Shown: positions 1-13,628 of the stretch, piece by piece
Layout of the letters: the number at the start of each line of letters is the position of its first letter
Numbering within the stretch: position 1 is the stretch's first letter
Source of the DNA: Plasmodiophora brassicae
Lineage: Eukaryota
DNA length: 64,000 nucleotides
Direction: 5' to 3'
Assembly (NCBI GenBank): GCA_036867785.1
Contig: CP145426.1
Coordinates: 248,001-312,000, forward strand
Notes under the pieces: generated by a model
Database searches by the model: none
The model's input: the letters and a program-made list of their open reading frames with translations, nothing else
Told to the model about the DNA's origin: nothing
Translations under genes and position numbers: made by a program

Positions 1-197
1 TCCCCCCGGTCACCAGGATCACCTTCCCGCCCAGATCCGGCATCGTTTCCGGCGAGAACCCCGTCGGGTTCGACGGCATGTCTCCTTGCACGTAGTCAGG
101 GCAAGGGGCCGCCCGCGTCCCAAACGGCGTCGGTCGAATGTCCAAATGGTACAACACGCAATGTCGGCGATTTTTGGGCCTGCGCGACGCTGCGTGA

Positions 198-3100
198 ATG
201 TCCGCGACGGGCCACGCGTCGTCCGCACTCCGCAGCAGCATCGGCGCATCGCAGGTGGGCAAAAAAAACAGCTGGGCCCACGGAGCCGGCTGTCATTCCC
301 TGCTGGCCGACGGCATGACGTCGACCGGGTGGGTGTCTGCGGGGCCACTATCGGCCTACTTTGGCGACAGCGCCGGCCTGGTTGACCTCGGCGCGGTCGT
401 CGATGGGCACCGATGCGCGCTTCGCGGCATCGTTGTGCGGCTGGCAACGGGCGCCGCACCCGGCGTCATCCGGTTCGGCAGCGATGACACGCAGCGGTTG
501 GTGTCGATGCAAGCGACGAACCCCAACGTGAACCGGAGGGAAAACCGGATGCTGTCATTCGATTTCGAAGGCGTCGTGGAAGACGGCGACGTCGTCGACC
601 TACGTCCTGGTGAAGAACGAACGCTCGTTCTTCGGTTAGCGCCATTCGGGGCGTCATCCCGTGGGTCTGGATTGAAACGATTCAGTTCGGTTCCATGGCG
701 AACGACATGTCGACTTACTCTCGGGCCTAACGTCATTTCTTTTGATGTTTCGGCACGGTTCTGCCGGTCGCTGCTGGCCATCGACACGAAGGAGATCCTC
801 TTCGAGTGCGCCGTTGATAGCAGCGACACGAGAGAGCTGATGGTTCAAAACTTCTCGGACATTGCGACCTGGTTTTCTCTACGAGTCCCGTCCAGCGATT
901 GCTTCACTTTTGTCGACTGTGCTACATTGTCCCCGATTCTGCCTCGACATCCCCTTGCTGGGTCCGGTCAGGTTAATGTTCGAATGATATACCGGCCACG
1001 GTCGTCTTCTGTCGGCGACAACACGCATGAACTGGTGCTCGAGAACTGCCTTGATGAGCGTAATGTGGAGCGCGTCCCGATCATTGCATCCGTTACACTG
1101 GAATCCCGGGAACAAGGCCTTGTCCTGTCTCCAGATATAGTTGATTTTGGCGACTGTGTTTCGGGCGAGACCATCTGGCGGACCATCACGTTGAAGAACG
1201 CAACTCGTGTCCCTCTCGAGATATTCTTGACGTCGAATGCGTCCGGCGGACATAAGGTGCTGTTCTGTTTGGAGGAACCCACAGAGACTCAGCAGGGAAA
1301 CAATGCGGCGGATCCGCTGGTGGCGTCTCCCACCGCATCAGATGACGATGATTTAGGTATTCATATTCCTCTTGGTGGATCTGCTAAGAACCTTTCTGGA
1401 TCGCGGCCTCTATCTTGGGCCCCGTCGACAAAAGAAGGCCAGTCGGGACACTCGCGACATCCGTCGGTGTCGCTAACTGACTTTCTGGAGCTTTCTCCCC
1501 CGCCAACAGTCTCTGATAAGGTGAGAAACCTTGTCGAAGAACTTACTATCCCGCCTGGCAAAGAGCGCGTCTTGCGAATTTTCTTCACCGGTTCTGTTTC
1601 TCCGTCAGTGTCTCACTCGTCCAGTGGAGACGGCAATCGCGATGACGCGTCTTCCGCGGATGCGCTCTCGGGGCCTGCTTTTCCTGACTACACGCGTTTG
1701 CAACCTCTGAAGTTCCATCTCTTCCTGAATTGCCGACCATCGAACATGCTTGGAGCAACCATTCATGGTAAGTACTCCAGGGTTGTGCGCTGCATCGCCC
1801 GTTTATGTACGTCTTTGATTGCTGTTTCGACATCTGCATTGAACTTCGGGGAAGTCGCTGTATCCCAGTCGTCTGCCATGTCGTTTAATGTCGAAAACCT
1901 TTCGGATATTCCGACGACCGTTGCTGTTGACTTCGAATCAAAGGCGCTGTCTGTATCCCGCAATCTAATCGAACTGAATCCCCGTACGTCCGAGGAAGTT
2001 GAATTGAAGCTGGAACCTTGTCGACCGTCGTCGGCATATCAGAAGGAGATAGTTGTCTCCAATCTCCGAAATCCTTCCGACACGCACATAATTGCTGCTC
2101 TGTCCAAGAACGTCGAATACTCGACTTCGCAACCTCCCAGGACCTTTTTCAACATTGCGACTACGCTATCCTCCCAATGTGGGCAGCAGTCTTCTGGAGA
2201 CGGGCCTCTGACACTGGATTTTGGGAAATTTGTCATGAATTTTCCTGCCGCGCGACTGCTGTGTATTACGAATGCGACATCGATGCCGCTGAGCATTGCG
2301 TGCACTGGGGCGCCTAACTGTGGCGTATCGTTGTATCGTTCGGTCTCTTCGTCGTCGTGCGGAGATGACATAGCTGAGGATGACATCGGTGGGTCACTAA
2401 GCGCTCTTGTTTCCAAAGAATATGTCGACACCCATGGCTCCTTTTCTGATATTGATTCGCAGCGAAATTTCGTCCTCAAAGAGACGCAACGACTTCTAGC
2501 TTTCAATCGCTCTCTAAAAGACGGCCTTATTGTCGCTGCGGATACATTCGATCTAGAACCTTACCAAACTCTTGAGCTCCTCGCTGTGTATTTTCTTCGA
2601 TCGGCTGACTACCCTCGAATACGCGGGAAGCTAAAGAACGTTCCGACTCAGCTGACCTTTTCGCTCTGTTCCACCAATCAGTCGGATGGTTGCGACTTTC
2701 CTCCCGCCGTGCCTGTTGTTGTCCAGGTGCATGGGATGGTTTGCCACACCTCGATGCACTTTGCGTTGAAACACATCAATTTCGGCGTGCTGCGTAAACT
2801 CTCTAGGCACCAGTTTAGTCTGGTGATTAGTAACATGAGCGACGTCCCCATTCTCTATCGGGTTGCGAAAAGCGGGTCTATTGCTTCAGATGACCTAGTC
2901 TGTTCTGGTGGCGATCTGGGTGTCATTCGTCCTTACCAGATCAGGGAGATCCCTTTCGTTTTCAAGCCTAGTCTTGCCGGAAGGTTTTTGGAAACGGTAA
3001 CGTTCGAAAATGTTCAGGATTCTGACGATAAGCAGGTTCGTTGCGCCTGACCCGGTTATACTTATGACACTAAAGGTTTTATTTTTAGGCAATCTATGTA

Positions 3101-6100
3101 AAGGCCGACATCAAAAAGCCGTTTAATTTCTGGTTGCAGACTGTCGAGCTCGACTTTGGCTATTGCTTGGTCGGTGAGAGGTCACGTAAACGCCGTCTTC
3201 TTGTTAAAAACATTAGCGATCGTGTTCGTAGAATCAGGATCAAGGTAAGTCAGTTAAATCGGATGGTCGTTCTAGTCAGCTTATTGTTTGGGTGCGTAGG
3301 TCGACAATTCCCAGTTGCCGCCTACTTGCTCGGTTCTTTTCGAGTTGGGTGAGGTCTTTCTTGGCCCAGCTACGTCAATCGACCGTGAGGAAGAACGTGA
3401 AAAACTTGAGAACAAGCTTCGCATCGCTGAACGAAAAGGACAGAAAGAGAAATTGAAGGTACCCCCTCTGTTACATACTGTTCTGCCATTTAATGCCAGT
3501 GCGTCCCAGAAAATACGTCGGCGCCTGGCTGAGCTTAGACGTGAGAGTTCCTCTGAATTCGAATGCGGGGACTTCGATGGTGCAATTGACGGTCAAGGAT
3601 CTTCCAATAGCCTGTTACTAACATTACCGCCTAATGCAGTTCAGGTAGCACAACAGCTGTCTGGTTCTATAGTCAACCTTAACGTAACTCGTCCAGAACG
3701 TTTTTGTCACATTTGTCTCCCAAGGAGTCTCCAGGGCGAGCTCCCATGCGGCATTGCGAATAGAAGCTATCCGTGGCGTGATTCTTGTTCATGTGAGCCG
3801 TGCTACTGTCCATTAGCTTAATTCATCGCCCTTAACTGTGTGTAGGAGGAGAAGAACAAGGACTACATTCGTGACGTGAACTTTTGGGCTCGCGTGTGCA
3901 GCGACAACGAGATTTATCAGCGTGCTTTGTCTGGTCTGGGGATCAGCTTTCGTTCGCTATACTCCCAACCCCACCTAGGAAGCGTTATGCACTCACCGCC
4001 AATTTCTCAGCATCCCATCTCACCTGAGCATTCTGGGAGAGCAAGCAACGTGATCCGCTCTGCCTCCAGTTCGCCTGTTCGTCGCAGTTCTCTTAAGACC
4101 ACCTTCGACCACAACAGCAGTGACTTTCTGAATCCCTCTTTGCATCCTGGTCTTCGCGCCGTTGGTTTCTCAATCCGAGTTCCTTGGCGATTTATATTCG
4201 ATATCGACGAAGACGCCAGTGTCAGGAATAGCGCTGATGCGTTTTACGTCGCCAACGATGAGTGGTCCGTGCGACGTCTTTTGCGGCTGCCAGGTCCACG
4301 AAGGCCTTCGTTGATGTCAAGGTGGGCTCTGGAGCCGCCTTCATGTCGGCCATGGTTATTAGTCAATTTGCTCGGTGTCGATTCCAATTTGGACTGTAAT
4401 GTACCACTAAGGATATCGTGGTCTTGCGATCAAGTATGCGGCAGTTCTCCGAACCTATCGGTTCGTCTTTGTTCTATGAAACCTGACGACGGTGACGGAG
4501 CCGTGGTGTTGCGAACCAATGGCTATTCTGCTGATGACGAGATGTTTCGCGTGCTTCATGCTAATGCCCCAATTACATTGTCCTTCAAAACCGTCGAAAC
4601 TTTGGGTATAGTCTTGAAGCCTTGTCAAGATGAACAAGCTATGCTTGATAACGTTAAACCTGTCAACGGCCTCTTACGTCTCTCAGTTCTAGGTGAAACA
4701 CGTACAATTCGTGTGCACGTCGGACACTCCATTCCACTGAGCGTTGTCCCTGAGTGCCCTGTCTTGCGCAAGGGACATGTCACATTCCTTGTGTCTAATC
4801 CGATGTGCTATCCGGCCACTATTCTTTTGTCAAGCATACCAGGCAATGCCCTTCACTTCTCTCAATTGCCCTCGCATGAAATTTCGGCCAAGGGTGCGAT
4901 TCGGATCAATGCTGAAATGAATTCGACGCCCTGCGAAGAGCTATCAGTCGTTCTCGTCGATACGACTAATATGCAACGCAAAGTGATCCCCATTTCTGTC
5001 GCCTCCGACTTGGTAGAGCGTCCCCTGTTCGACTTCCGTGGCGTGGTCAGTATGGCGGTTGACGTTGTACACCTCGGCCCTTGTTTTGTGGATCCTATCA
5101 CATCCACATTTGAGAAAGTCTATCGTCTGCGTCTAACTAACAAGAGCACAGATACCGACCTAAGTGCTGCTCTCTCATGCAATCTTCCCACGCAAGTCAA
5201 TTTCTTCGATTCTCAGTCGTGTGTCGCTGAACTGTCGAAAGTACGAATACCAAAGTCGGCGTCGCAAGTCGTCTTCGTTCGGTTCAATTTAAAGTTGGAT
5301 CACGATTATGCGAAACAGGGCAAATGTCGTGAAGTTCGTGGTGCTTTCCGGTTAAGCTTTCAGCAAGGCCACCTGCAAATGACGTATTTACGTGATTTCA
5401 GTGTGCACCTGGGATTACCTCGCGTTACTATCGCCGTTTACGAGCCGGAAAACGATTCGCTGACTTATACAGACGACAGCGAATATTGCCTGGACTTCGG
5501 CACAATTACGACAAGTCGTCCTTGTCTACGAGGCCGATTCGCAATTTCGAACCCAAGTGATCTCTTGGATTTTGAATACCGCCTTGTCTTTTCATCTTCA
5601 GCTATTCGTTTTCTCGAAGCATCGTCCGTTTCTGGTGTCGTCACCTGTGGGCAATCGCTAGCTTTCGAATTTGAAGCGTGTGTGTCCCAGTTTGGAATTT
5701 TTGAAGAAACGATAGGTAATACGTTGGAAGTTGTTTAACGCTTCATTTCATTGACGGTGTGTATCTAAAGCGCTTGAACATGTCCCTACCCATACATCTG
5801 TTGCGTCCCTTCGTGTCACTTGCTTCTATGATTGCCAAGCACTCCAAGTCCAGCTTCCGTTCCGCAACCGTTATGCATTACTTGACTGCTCAACTTCTTA
5901 CGCCGAGTTGTCAAACGAATCAACGTACACAGTGAATCTGTACAGGTTGGTACGCGAGTGGCTCGCTTGCGTTTCTCGCATTGAAATATCTGACATGCAG
6001 ACAAGTGAACTCTTGCACTATAACAAATGTAGCCCCCGACGAGAGGACTCTTTGGCTGTGTGCTAGCATTCGACGAGGCGCGCTCCTTGTTCAATGGGCC

Positions 6101-9100
6101 TCGGCACCTGGTAATATTAGGTGGTGATGGTTTCCGTTATTTTCGTGCTGACCCTACACTCAGGCTCGGGTACTCCCGATGACGCTTCGCGTATCTTCAA
6201 GCAAGTCAGTTATGGGGAAAGCGCAACGCTTCGAATCGAGCTGCCGCATACCTATGCCATTGGGCAACGGAGATGGAATGAGCTCGCGTCCGGTCGTCCC
6301 GTGGCGTTCAGAAGAAGAGTCCTTGTCCGGGGTCGTCACGAGGATGCTGTCCTGGCTTGCTTCGCTGTATCTGGGACTGTTGCCGTGTCATTGGCCCGCA
6401 TTGACGAAAGCTACGTTGATGTTGGCCGTGTCGGTTTCGAGAACGGCTGGAAAGATGTTGTGGTTTCATTCACAGTTGTTAACGAAGCCGACATCGAGCT
6501 TCATTATCAGATCAAGAGTCTTTGCTGTTGCTTTCCTGTTGCTGCTGACGACGTCATTTATTCGTCTCAAACGTTGGAACCTGGGGGGCGGAGGAAACAC
6601 GATGTAAGCTCTTAGTTGCCGTGTTAATTATATATAACGCTCAAGTTGTGCACAGGTTGTTTTCTCTCCATCGCTGGTCACATCCGAGGATGTTGTGTAT
6701 CCGTCGGGCACATTTGAGTTTCATATCGATGTCGTCAACCTGTTCAACTCGCGCAACGAGAATCTTCGACTCCGCGTTCTTGGACAGCTTGTCAATTGTC
6801 CCATCCAGTTTACGCATCTGGACAGTGATGGGTGCCTTAAATTGCCACCTGTATCCCCTTATGAACAGTCCGGGGTGTCTACAGAATCGTTCGCTATTGT
6901 TAATCGGGATTCTGAAACATCGCACGAAATCCATCTTGACGTGCACACCTTCGAAGAGTTCCGCGACCTTTGTTCCATTAAGGTCTGCTTCGTAATTGTG
7001 GCGCAGTCGCCCTGTATTTGTTCTCATGCATTGTGCAGGTGCTGGTTGGCGATCGTTCCGCTGTGAACGAGTTTGTCCTCCATGCAGCCGAGCAACGTGA
7101 AGTTCGTGTGCGCATTGTCCCATCGCCTGGTTATACGGGTCGATGGCCAACTCGAGCTGGCTTGTGCTCCGTTGGGTCCATTTCGTTCCTTGCGATTGGA
7201 AGCACGAAACCACAAGTCGTCATTCTGCAGACGTCATTCTCTGTTGATGCACAATTTTCAGTCTCGCTGCCCAGGTCGGTATCCAATAACTTCACGGCTC
7301 GCTGTTAACGCGTAGTGTAGGATCAAGTTTCGCTTTACTGAAACTAACGAGTCGCGAAATTTTCTGGAAGATCACTTTTGGATTCGTAACCTATCCTCAG
7401 TGTCTCCTGTTTCCATCCGGTTATCATTGCGCTCTCCTCAACCGCCAGCCTGGATCAGCCTCCTTGAGTTCTCCCCCACGCATGCTGATCTAGCACCTGA
7501 GGTTGCATTGTAGACTTTCACATTTATGCAACTCTGACATCTCTTCGTTGCAGGCAAGTGTACGTGTCGATGTCTATTTCAAGTCCCAAACGGGACGTCT
7601 GGTTTCTTCGCCAGTATACATTGATGTCATCGATAACTCCAACTCCCTTGCGTTCAAGTCGGTGGAGGTTGCGCTTGTTGCGGAAGCGTTGTCTCGTACC
7701 GCGTCAGTTCCATTGATGACCCCTTCAGACGGTCCCGTAGCGCTTGGTATTCACTGGTGACTCAATTCGATTCCTTTTTCTAACAACATTGATGCCGCTT
7801 AGGAGAGGACATGGTTGCATGTAATCGCGAACAGTGCATTTCGGCGCTCGGTATTCGCGGTGCTATGCCAGTAGCCGGCAGCCGTAATCGCTACATCATT
7901 AATGCTGGTCAGCAGGAACTTGGCGTTGGCGATTCTGCTTTTCTTGATTGGGATATCGTTGTTGAGAACCAGCTGCCCGGTACCATTGAGTTCCAACTGG
8001 TATTCCACCGTGCAACTAGCGCTGCCTTGCTAACTCTGACGTTGCAGTAGGAGGTGATCAATACTGATTGTGACAGCGCCGACTGGATTAGGCTATCAAA
8101 GCTGAACGGGACGTTGCATGCTATTCACGAATCATTTACGATCACACTCTCTATGTCAACGAGTGTACAGGGCACATTTTCGGCTTATGTCCTCCTCCGA
8201 AATTCTAGAGATATTGAAATCCAGACCATTCGTGCTGAACTGGTGGTCGTGAAGCCGGCCGCATTATCAGGCAAAGTTTTCGAGGTTGTTGTTGACGGCG
8301 GAGTGCCTTGCGACAAAGGCGCTGCTCCAACCATTGATATCGGAGACATCTTTCTTGGGCAGAGCAATAGCAACCGATCATTCGTGATAACCAACACGTC
8401 CTCGATTCCGATAGAAACTCTGGTTGCGGCTGATCTCGACCCCAACTCCCAGGCGTGTGTGCATTTCTCATTGACGCCAATGGCCCTCAGCATGTTCAAC
8501 ATCATCACAATTCAACCAAGCACAAGCGTCCGCGTTTTCGTCCATTTCCAGACGTCTTCGTCATCTTCTCCCATGGGCATACATTCGTTCGAGCGTGTTG
8601 CATTCGACATTAAGATCGGGTGTCGCATAGTGAATGACTATCAGGTATGGTCAATCTGTATCCCGTTTCGTCGTACCGTTAACGTTCGCGTAGGCCTCCA
8701 TACGTTACGTTGCGACCTGCCGTCCTCCTCAACTGCAACTGTCAACAACTGACATTAATTTCTCAGGTGTCCTTTCGGGCACTCTGGTTGTATCTCCAGA
8801 AGAAGTTTTGGTTGGCGTGTCCAGACTCTACGAAGGGGTGGCATCCGTCAGCATAAGAACGGAGTCGCGATTCTTCGTCGTTGAAGACGTTGTATGTTTC
8901 ACCACTTCGCAAATCGTTTCTGACTTTCGGATGTCATAGGCGTCTCTGGTCGCATCATCGGCGCCGGGTCCCAAACGTGTAAGTGACAATAGTGGTCAAC
9001 ACGCAAATCGGATTCCCATGCATTTCAGGTGACATCGCGGTTGGGTAGTGGAAAAGCGACGTTTCGCGTGTGCCCGCAATTATCCGCCTTAGCATCTCTA

Positions 9101-9815
9101 GCCGGTAGCGGTGTCTACGTTGAAGAGCACTTTACCGTATACAATGATGCGCTGCTGAACGAGCGGTATGTCGTGACGCTGAGATTCTCAACGTCATGTC
9201 AGCGCTTGTTCTACTTTTCTCCTGGGTCCAAACAAGGACACACATTCACCAGCATTGAGGGACGAATCGCCGATTTCGCGATGAGGTTTCAATCCTTCTT
9301 TCACGATGTTGGCAACGCGTGTCCCCATCGGGCTCTGTCTGAATGGGATGTCGCGTCGTTGCACGACTTCTGTGTTCACCTGCTATCTGCTCTGTCGACT
9401 GCAGAGTACTGGGACTTGTATTCCGAGTACTTTTACTTGACTGACGAGCTTGTCTACCTGAGCTTGAAATGCCATATTGGCCAGTTTGTGCTCCAGTTGG
9501 CCAATCTTTTATACGGGTCTATGTGTAATCGTCATTTTGAGCCTGTCGCTGACGCCCATAGCAGGTTCACGATGCGCCATTCTGCTCTCAGGATGGCCCA
9601 TCGTATATGCGTCGATACGTCACTCCAACACGACCCGAACCTCAGCATGTTCGTGTCGGCATGGGTACGTTCCTCGACGTGGTCGTTTGTGGTTGTTTGA
9701 GCTGACCCGTACCCGCATCCAGACCGACCGCCTCCTATACTTCCTATGTCACTTCCCGGGATCTTCCACCTCGCTGGACAAGTACCTGGCAGATCTCAAA
9801 CTACCTCATACATAA
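198..9815 (+). CDS. Giant multi-exon protein with repeated Ig-like/PapD-ASH (ASPM-SPD-2-Hydin-like) domains
   Basis: Long co-oriented ORFs (198-3050, 3876-5738, 8054-8752, 9029-9700 and others) joined by short GT-AG introns. Repeated 'xDFG...r.l.l.N.s' motifs (VDFGDC..TITLKN, LNFGEV..FNVENLS, INFGVL..LVISNMS, LDFGYC..LLVKNIS). Final TAA at 9813-9815. The start could instead be the ATG near 315. Confidence 0.75.
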
Positions 9816-10093
9816 CAAAGCATTGATCATTGCGCCTCGTAAGCGTTTCGCAGTTCTGCCAGCTGTAGGCGGTTCCGCCACTCGATTCTAGGTACTCACC
9901 TATGTTTCGTCTACAGCCCTCCCTGATGACGATGCGCTAATGGCGATATCGCAGATACATGCCCATCACTGGGTCCGGTTGCCCGTTTGTCGCAAGTCGC
10001 TTGGGCGGGCCTAAATTTACCTACGCCCGTTGGCGTTACGACGTGGCGGGTAGCCATTAGGGGTTGCCGTGGCCCGTGCGACCCGCCGTGCCG

Positions 10094-13000
10094 ATGGAGG
10101 CGTCGTCGATGTCCTGCCACCAGCACGATCGCGACGTGGAGCACTGCTGGAACGCGGTGGTGGCCGACGTGTTCGAGCCGGTCTGCGCGCGCCTTGCGGA
10201 CGTGCTGGGCGAGGCGGACGGCCCGCCCGTCACCGCCGACGCGCTCACCCGGCTCTATTCGCAGCTGTACGACCTTTGCTGTGTCCATAACGGTGAATAT
10301 CGTTTTCAACGTCATGATCCATGTCCTAACGTGCGTCGCGTAGGGGTTCGGCACTGCAGTGCTATGTATCGGCGCCTGGAGTTATCGTTGCAGACCTGTA
10401 CGAGCACGATCATTTCTGTATTTGAAGGTCTGTCCACAGGGACAGTCGTTGTTTGCTCGTGTCCTTAGGCCGTATGTCGTCATCCTAGAATGCGGTCGGG
10501 ATCAGCTTCTTCAAGCTTTTAATGTCGCGACGTCATTGTACCGGGGCCTGGTGCGCGCCATTGCCGTTGTGATGCGTTACGTCGATCAGCACCACGGTGG
10601 TCCCGATCGACGTACAGACTCCAAGTCCATCTGTGGGAACTTCGACGTCGTCCGGCAATGGTAACCGCAAACTAATCTATTCGACTAGGCTGGCAAATGT
10701 ACTTGGAAAATGTCTACGATGTCATTGAGCCGACTCTGACGGACCTTCTTTGTGAAACTCTGCAGGTACTGCTTTGGGGGATCATCGGGAGAAATATTGT
10801 TCATGCAGATTGCTGTACAGAGCTGTCGACAGGATTCCTTGGAATCTGAAGTTACGCGACACCTTCAAATGGCAATCCATTCCATTTTCGAAATCGACCC
10901 TACACGCCGGCGATATAAGGCATTCGAGAGTAAGGTCTTTCAAAGGTATGGCTGTGCGATTAAAGTTGTGGAGCTGCCCGTGAGCTGAGTGGTTTCAGAA
11001 TGGTTCGGTGCTATCAACGTCGTGCTCGACAAATAGCGGAACTACCTTTGCATGATTCTATTCGAGCTGTACATCGAGTGTTAAGGGCCGTACCTTTCGA
11101 GTCCAACCTTTTGTCACTTCAGATGCATGATTTGTTCGTTGCCGAGAAGGCGGTATTCGCATCGACACTACAAAATTCATTGCTATCGACGTTCGAAGAA
11201 TTCTTCCGGGACACTGTTTCGTCGCCAAAGTAGGTTGTCACGTCTGATAACGTTGCTAGAGCTCTTAAGGTCTTTTCTTCAGTCGAACAAGATACTTTGG
11301 TGACCATATGAGCAGTGAAGTTGCCGATCTTGTGTCGTCGGTGCACTCATCGTCCTTATCAATGCTGTATGAGGTTTACGGGAAGGATCCATCCAGCCGT
11401 GGCGAGTTCGCTGATTTTATTCAAGAGACTATTGTCAAGAAAGGGCGAGACGCCCAGGTTTGAGCCTCTACAATATGCGCGTAAACAAGGCGGTCATGCC
11501 TGGTACAGGCCATGTGGAAGAATTCGCGGCAGCGTTTGCCTGAACGTAAAAGGCCGGACGGTAGCCACACATTCGATGCTGTGGATATGGCCCTAATTGA
11601 GTCGTATATCAGCCTGTTCAATGAGTTGTGTCTGACTGTAAGCTCTCAGCAGCAGCGTCTAACACACTCTGGTTTAGGGCTGCACTGCTCTCACACAGAG
11701 TGTTCCTATCGGACCCGTTCTTCATATCGGCGATCCGGAAAGGCCTCATATGCCTATTCAGTGATGCATTGCCTCACATGTCCAACGTGTCCCAGTCGCC
11801 TCAGAACCACCACCTGACGAGCACCGAGGTTCATCCGCTTCCGTCGGGATTTCTCCATCGCGTTGCTTACGTTTCATCATCATGCAGATTCTAGCAAATT
11901 ACGCGAACGTGTGGCTTCACAAGCGGCATCCGCTGCTGTCAAACCAGTTTAGAACTCACCAGGAGGTTTGCCGCACCTCCCGGGAGCGTTGCACTTGTCG
12001 TGACTTCTTCGCTAGTTGGAGTCGGTTCTCAGTGTCTTGGGCGACCTGTTCGCCATGTCACCCGACCATGATTTGTTCATGACCGTTTACAGCAAGCAGT
12101 TGGCGGAACGTCTCCTAACGTCATCCAGCGTTTCGTTGCCTCTCGAGACGAGTATCATCGATAAGTTCAAGGTACTTTGCTGTTGCGTCCTACGATCAGT
12201 GGTGGTGACTAGACGGGCGCTTAGTTGCGGGCTGGAGCTCGATACACATCCCGCCTGGACGGGATGGTCATGGACATCAACAAATCCATGGCGCTTTCTG
12301 CGAGTTTTAAATCTTCATTAAGCCATCAGACTGCGGCACCTAACATGAATGCTGGCGGCGTTCCCATTCACGTTAAGGTGCGTTCCGAATCGTTGGTCGC
12401 TTGGTCTACCTCTAACGTCAGCGTCCCAAGTTGCTTACCAGGGGGTTCTGGGTGCCTGCGATGGTCGCCATTCCGGACGTTTCCAACCTCGTGCTGCCCA
12501 GTGTACTTCGTAACGCCGCAGTCGAGTTTGCAGGATTCTATTCGAGAGTCCACGAGCGGCGCGTTCTATACTGGAAGCACCAGTATGGCGATTGCCGGGT
12601 AGCAGCAATAAGCGCATGTCGCATTCGTCCCCTGATTTGCACGTCTAGGTTGCCATGAAGTGCTGCCATCCAGCCGTTGACTTGACGGTCTCCACCCTGC
12701 AGGCCTGCGTGCTTGTCCTTTTCAACAAGAGGCCGTTCTTGTCGTTGCCGGTCTGTAGCAGATTTTGGCATTCTTATGTCGTAATTTGTTTTCAACCCAC
12801 TTTGTAGGATATCTGTCAAGAGCTTCGAATCGAAGAAGAGCTCGGCCATCGTATCCTGCATTCACTTGTGATCGGAAGGTTTAAGGTTTGTCTTACGTCA
12901 CGTACTTCTGGGTGAGCCAGCCCTAACCAGGCGTTCGGCTCTACACGTAGGTTCTTCGTGCGCACGTCGACAAGCCTTTCATTTCAGCATCCGATACGTT

Positions 13001-13405
13001 CACCCCGAACTATAATCTTGAAACGTCGTATACCCGCGTCCGCTTGCCTTCTCCGTACCTGCTCCGCGAGTCACAGCTCCACCCACAGCAAGACAACACA
13101 GTCGCTGTACAGGTCAGTGCTGAACGTGTTGATTTGTTTCACTTCACTGACGGTAAAACAGGCTGCGATTGTTCGCATCCTGAAGCGTGCCAAGTCAATC
13201 CAGCATGACGACCTTGTCGATGAGGTTGTTGCTCTACTTCAGCGGTGCGCTCCGTCACAAGTTATGCGCTGCATCGTTCCTGAACCATGCCTATAGGTTC
13301 CGCGTCACCAACAAAGCCGTCGCGTCACGCATCCAGTACCTGGTGGAGAACGAGTTCATCGAACGTGATGGGAAGGATCCCGACATGTACCACTTTATTC
13401 CGTGA
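10094..13405 (+). CDS. Cullin family protein (divergent), multi-exon
   Basis: Cullin-homology motifs DLFMTVYSKQLAERLL, YTSRLDGMVMDI, VKVLTRGFW, FYSRVHERRVLYW, LTVSTLQACVLVLFN. C-terminal neddylation winged-helix AAIVRILKRAK...RIQYLVENEFIERD...YHFIP. Confidence 0.9.
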
Positions 13406-13628
13406 TCCTCGACGTTATGTTCCCACCGCACGTGTCCTGGGCGTAGTCGGGCCGAATAATGCATGTATCGTGTTGCCCAGGAGGCACGTTCTGCCCCAGC
13501 AAGGTGCCCGTGCTGTGTCTAATATACGGCGCCATCGAAACCGTAGTACCGTACCTTTGTGCGTTAAGGGCTTGTTAATCGCGGTTAACGTCGGTCACCG
13601 TTAGACTTCCCGATAACCACTTCGAGGA

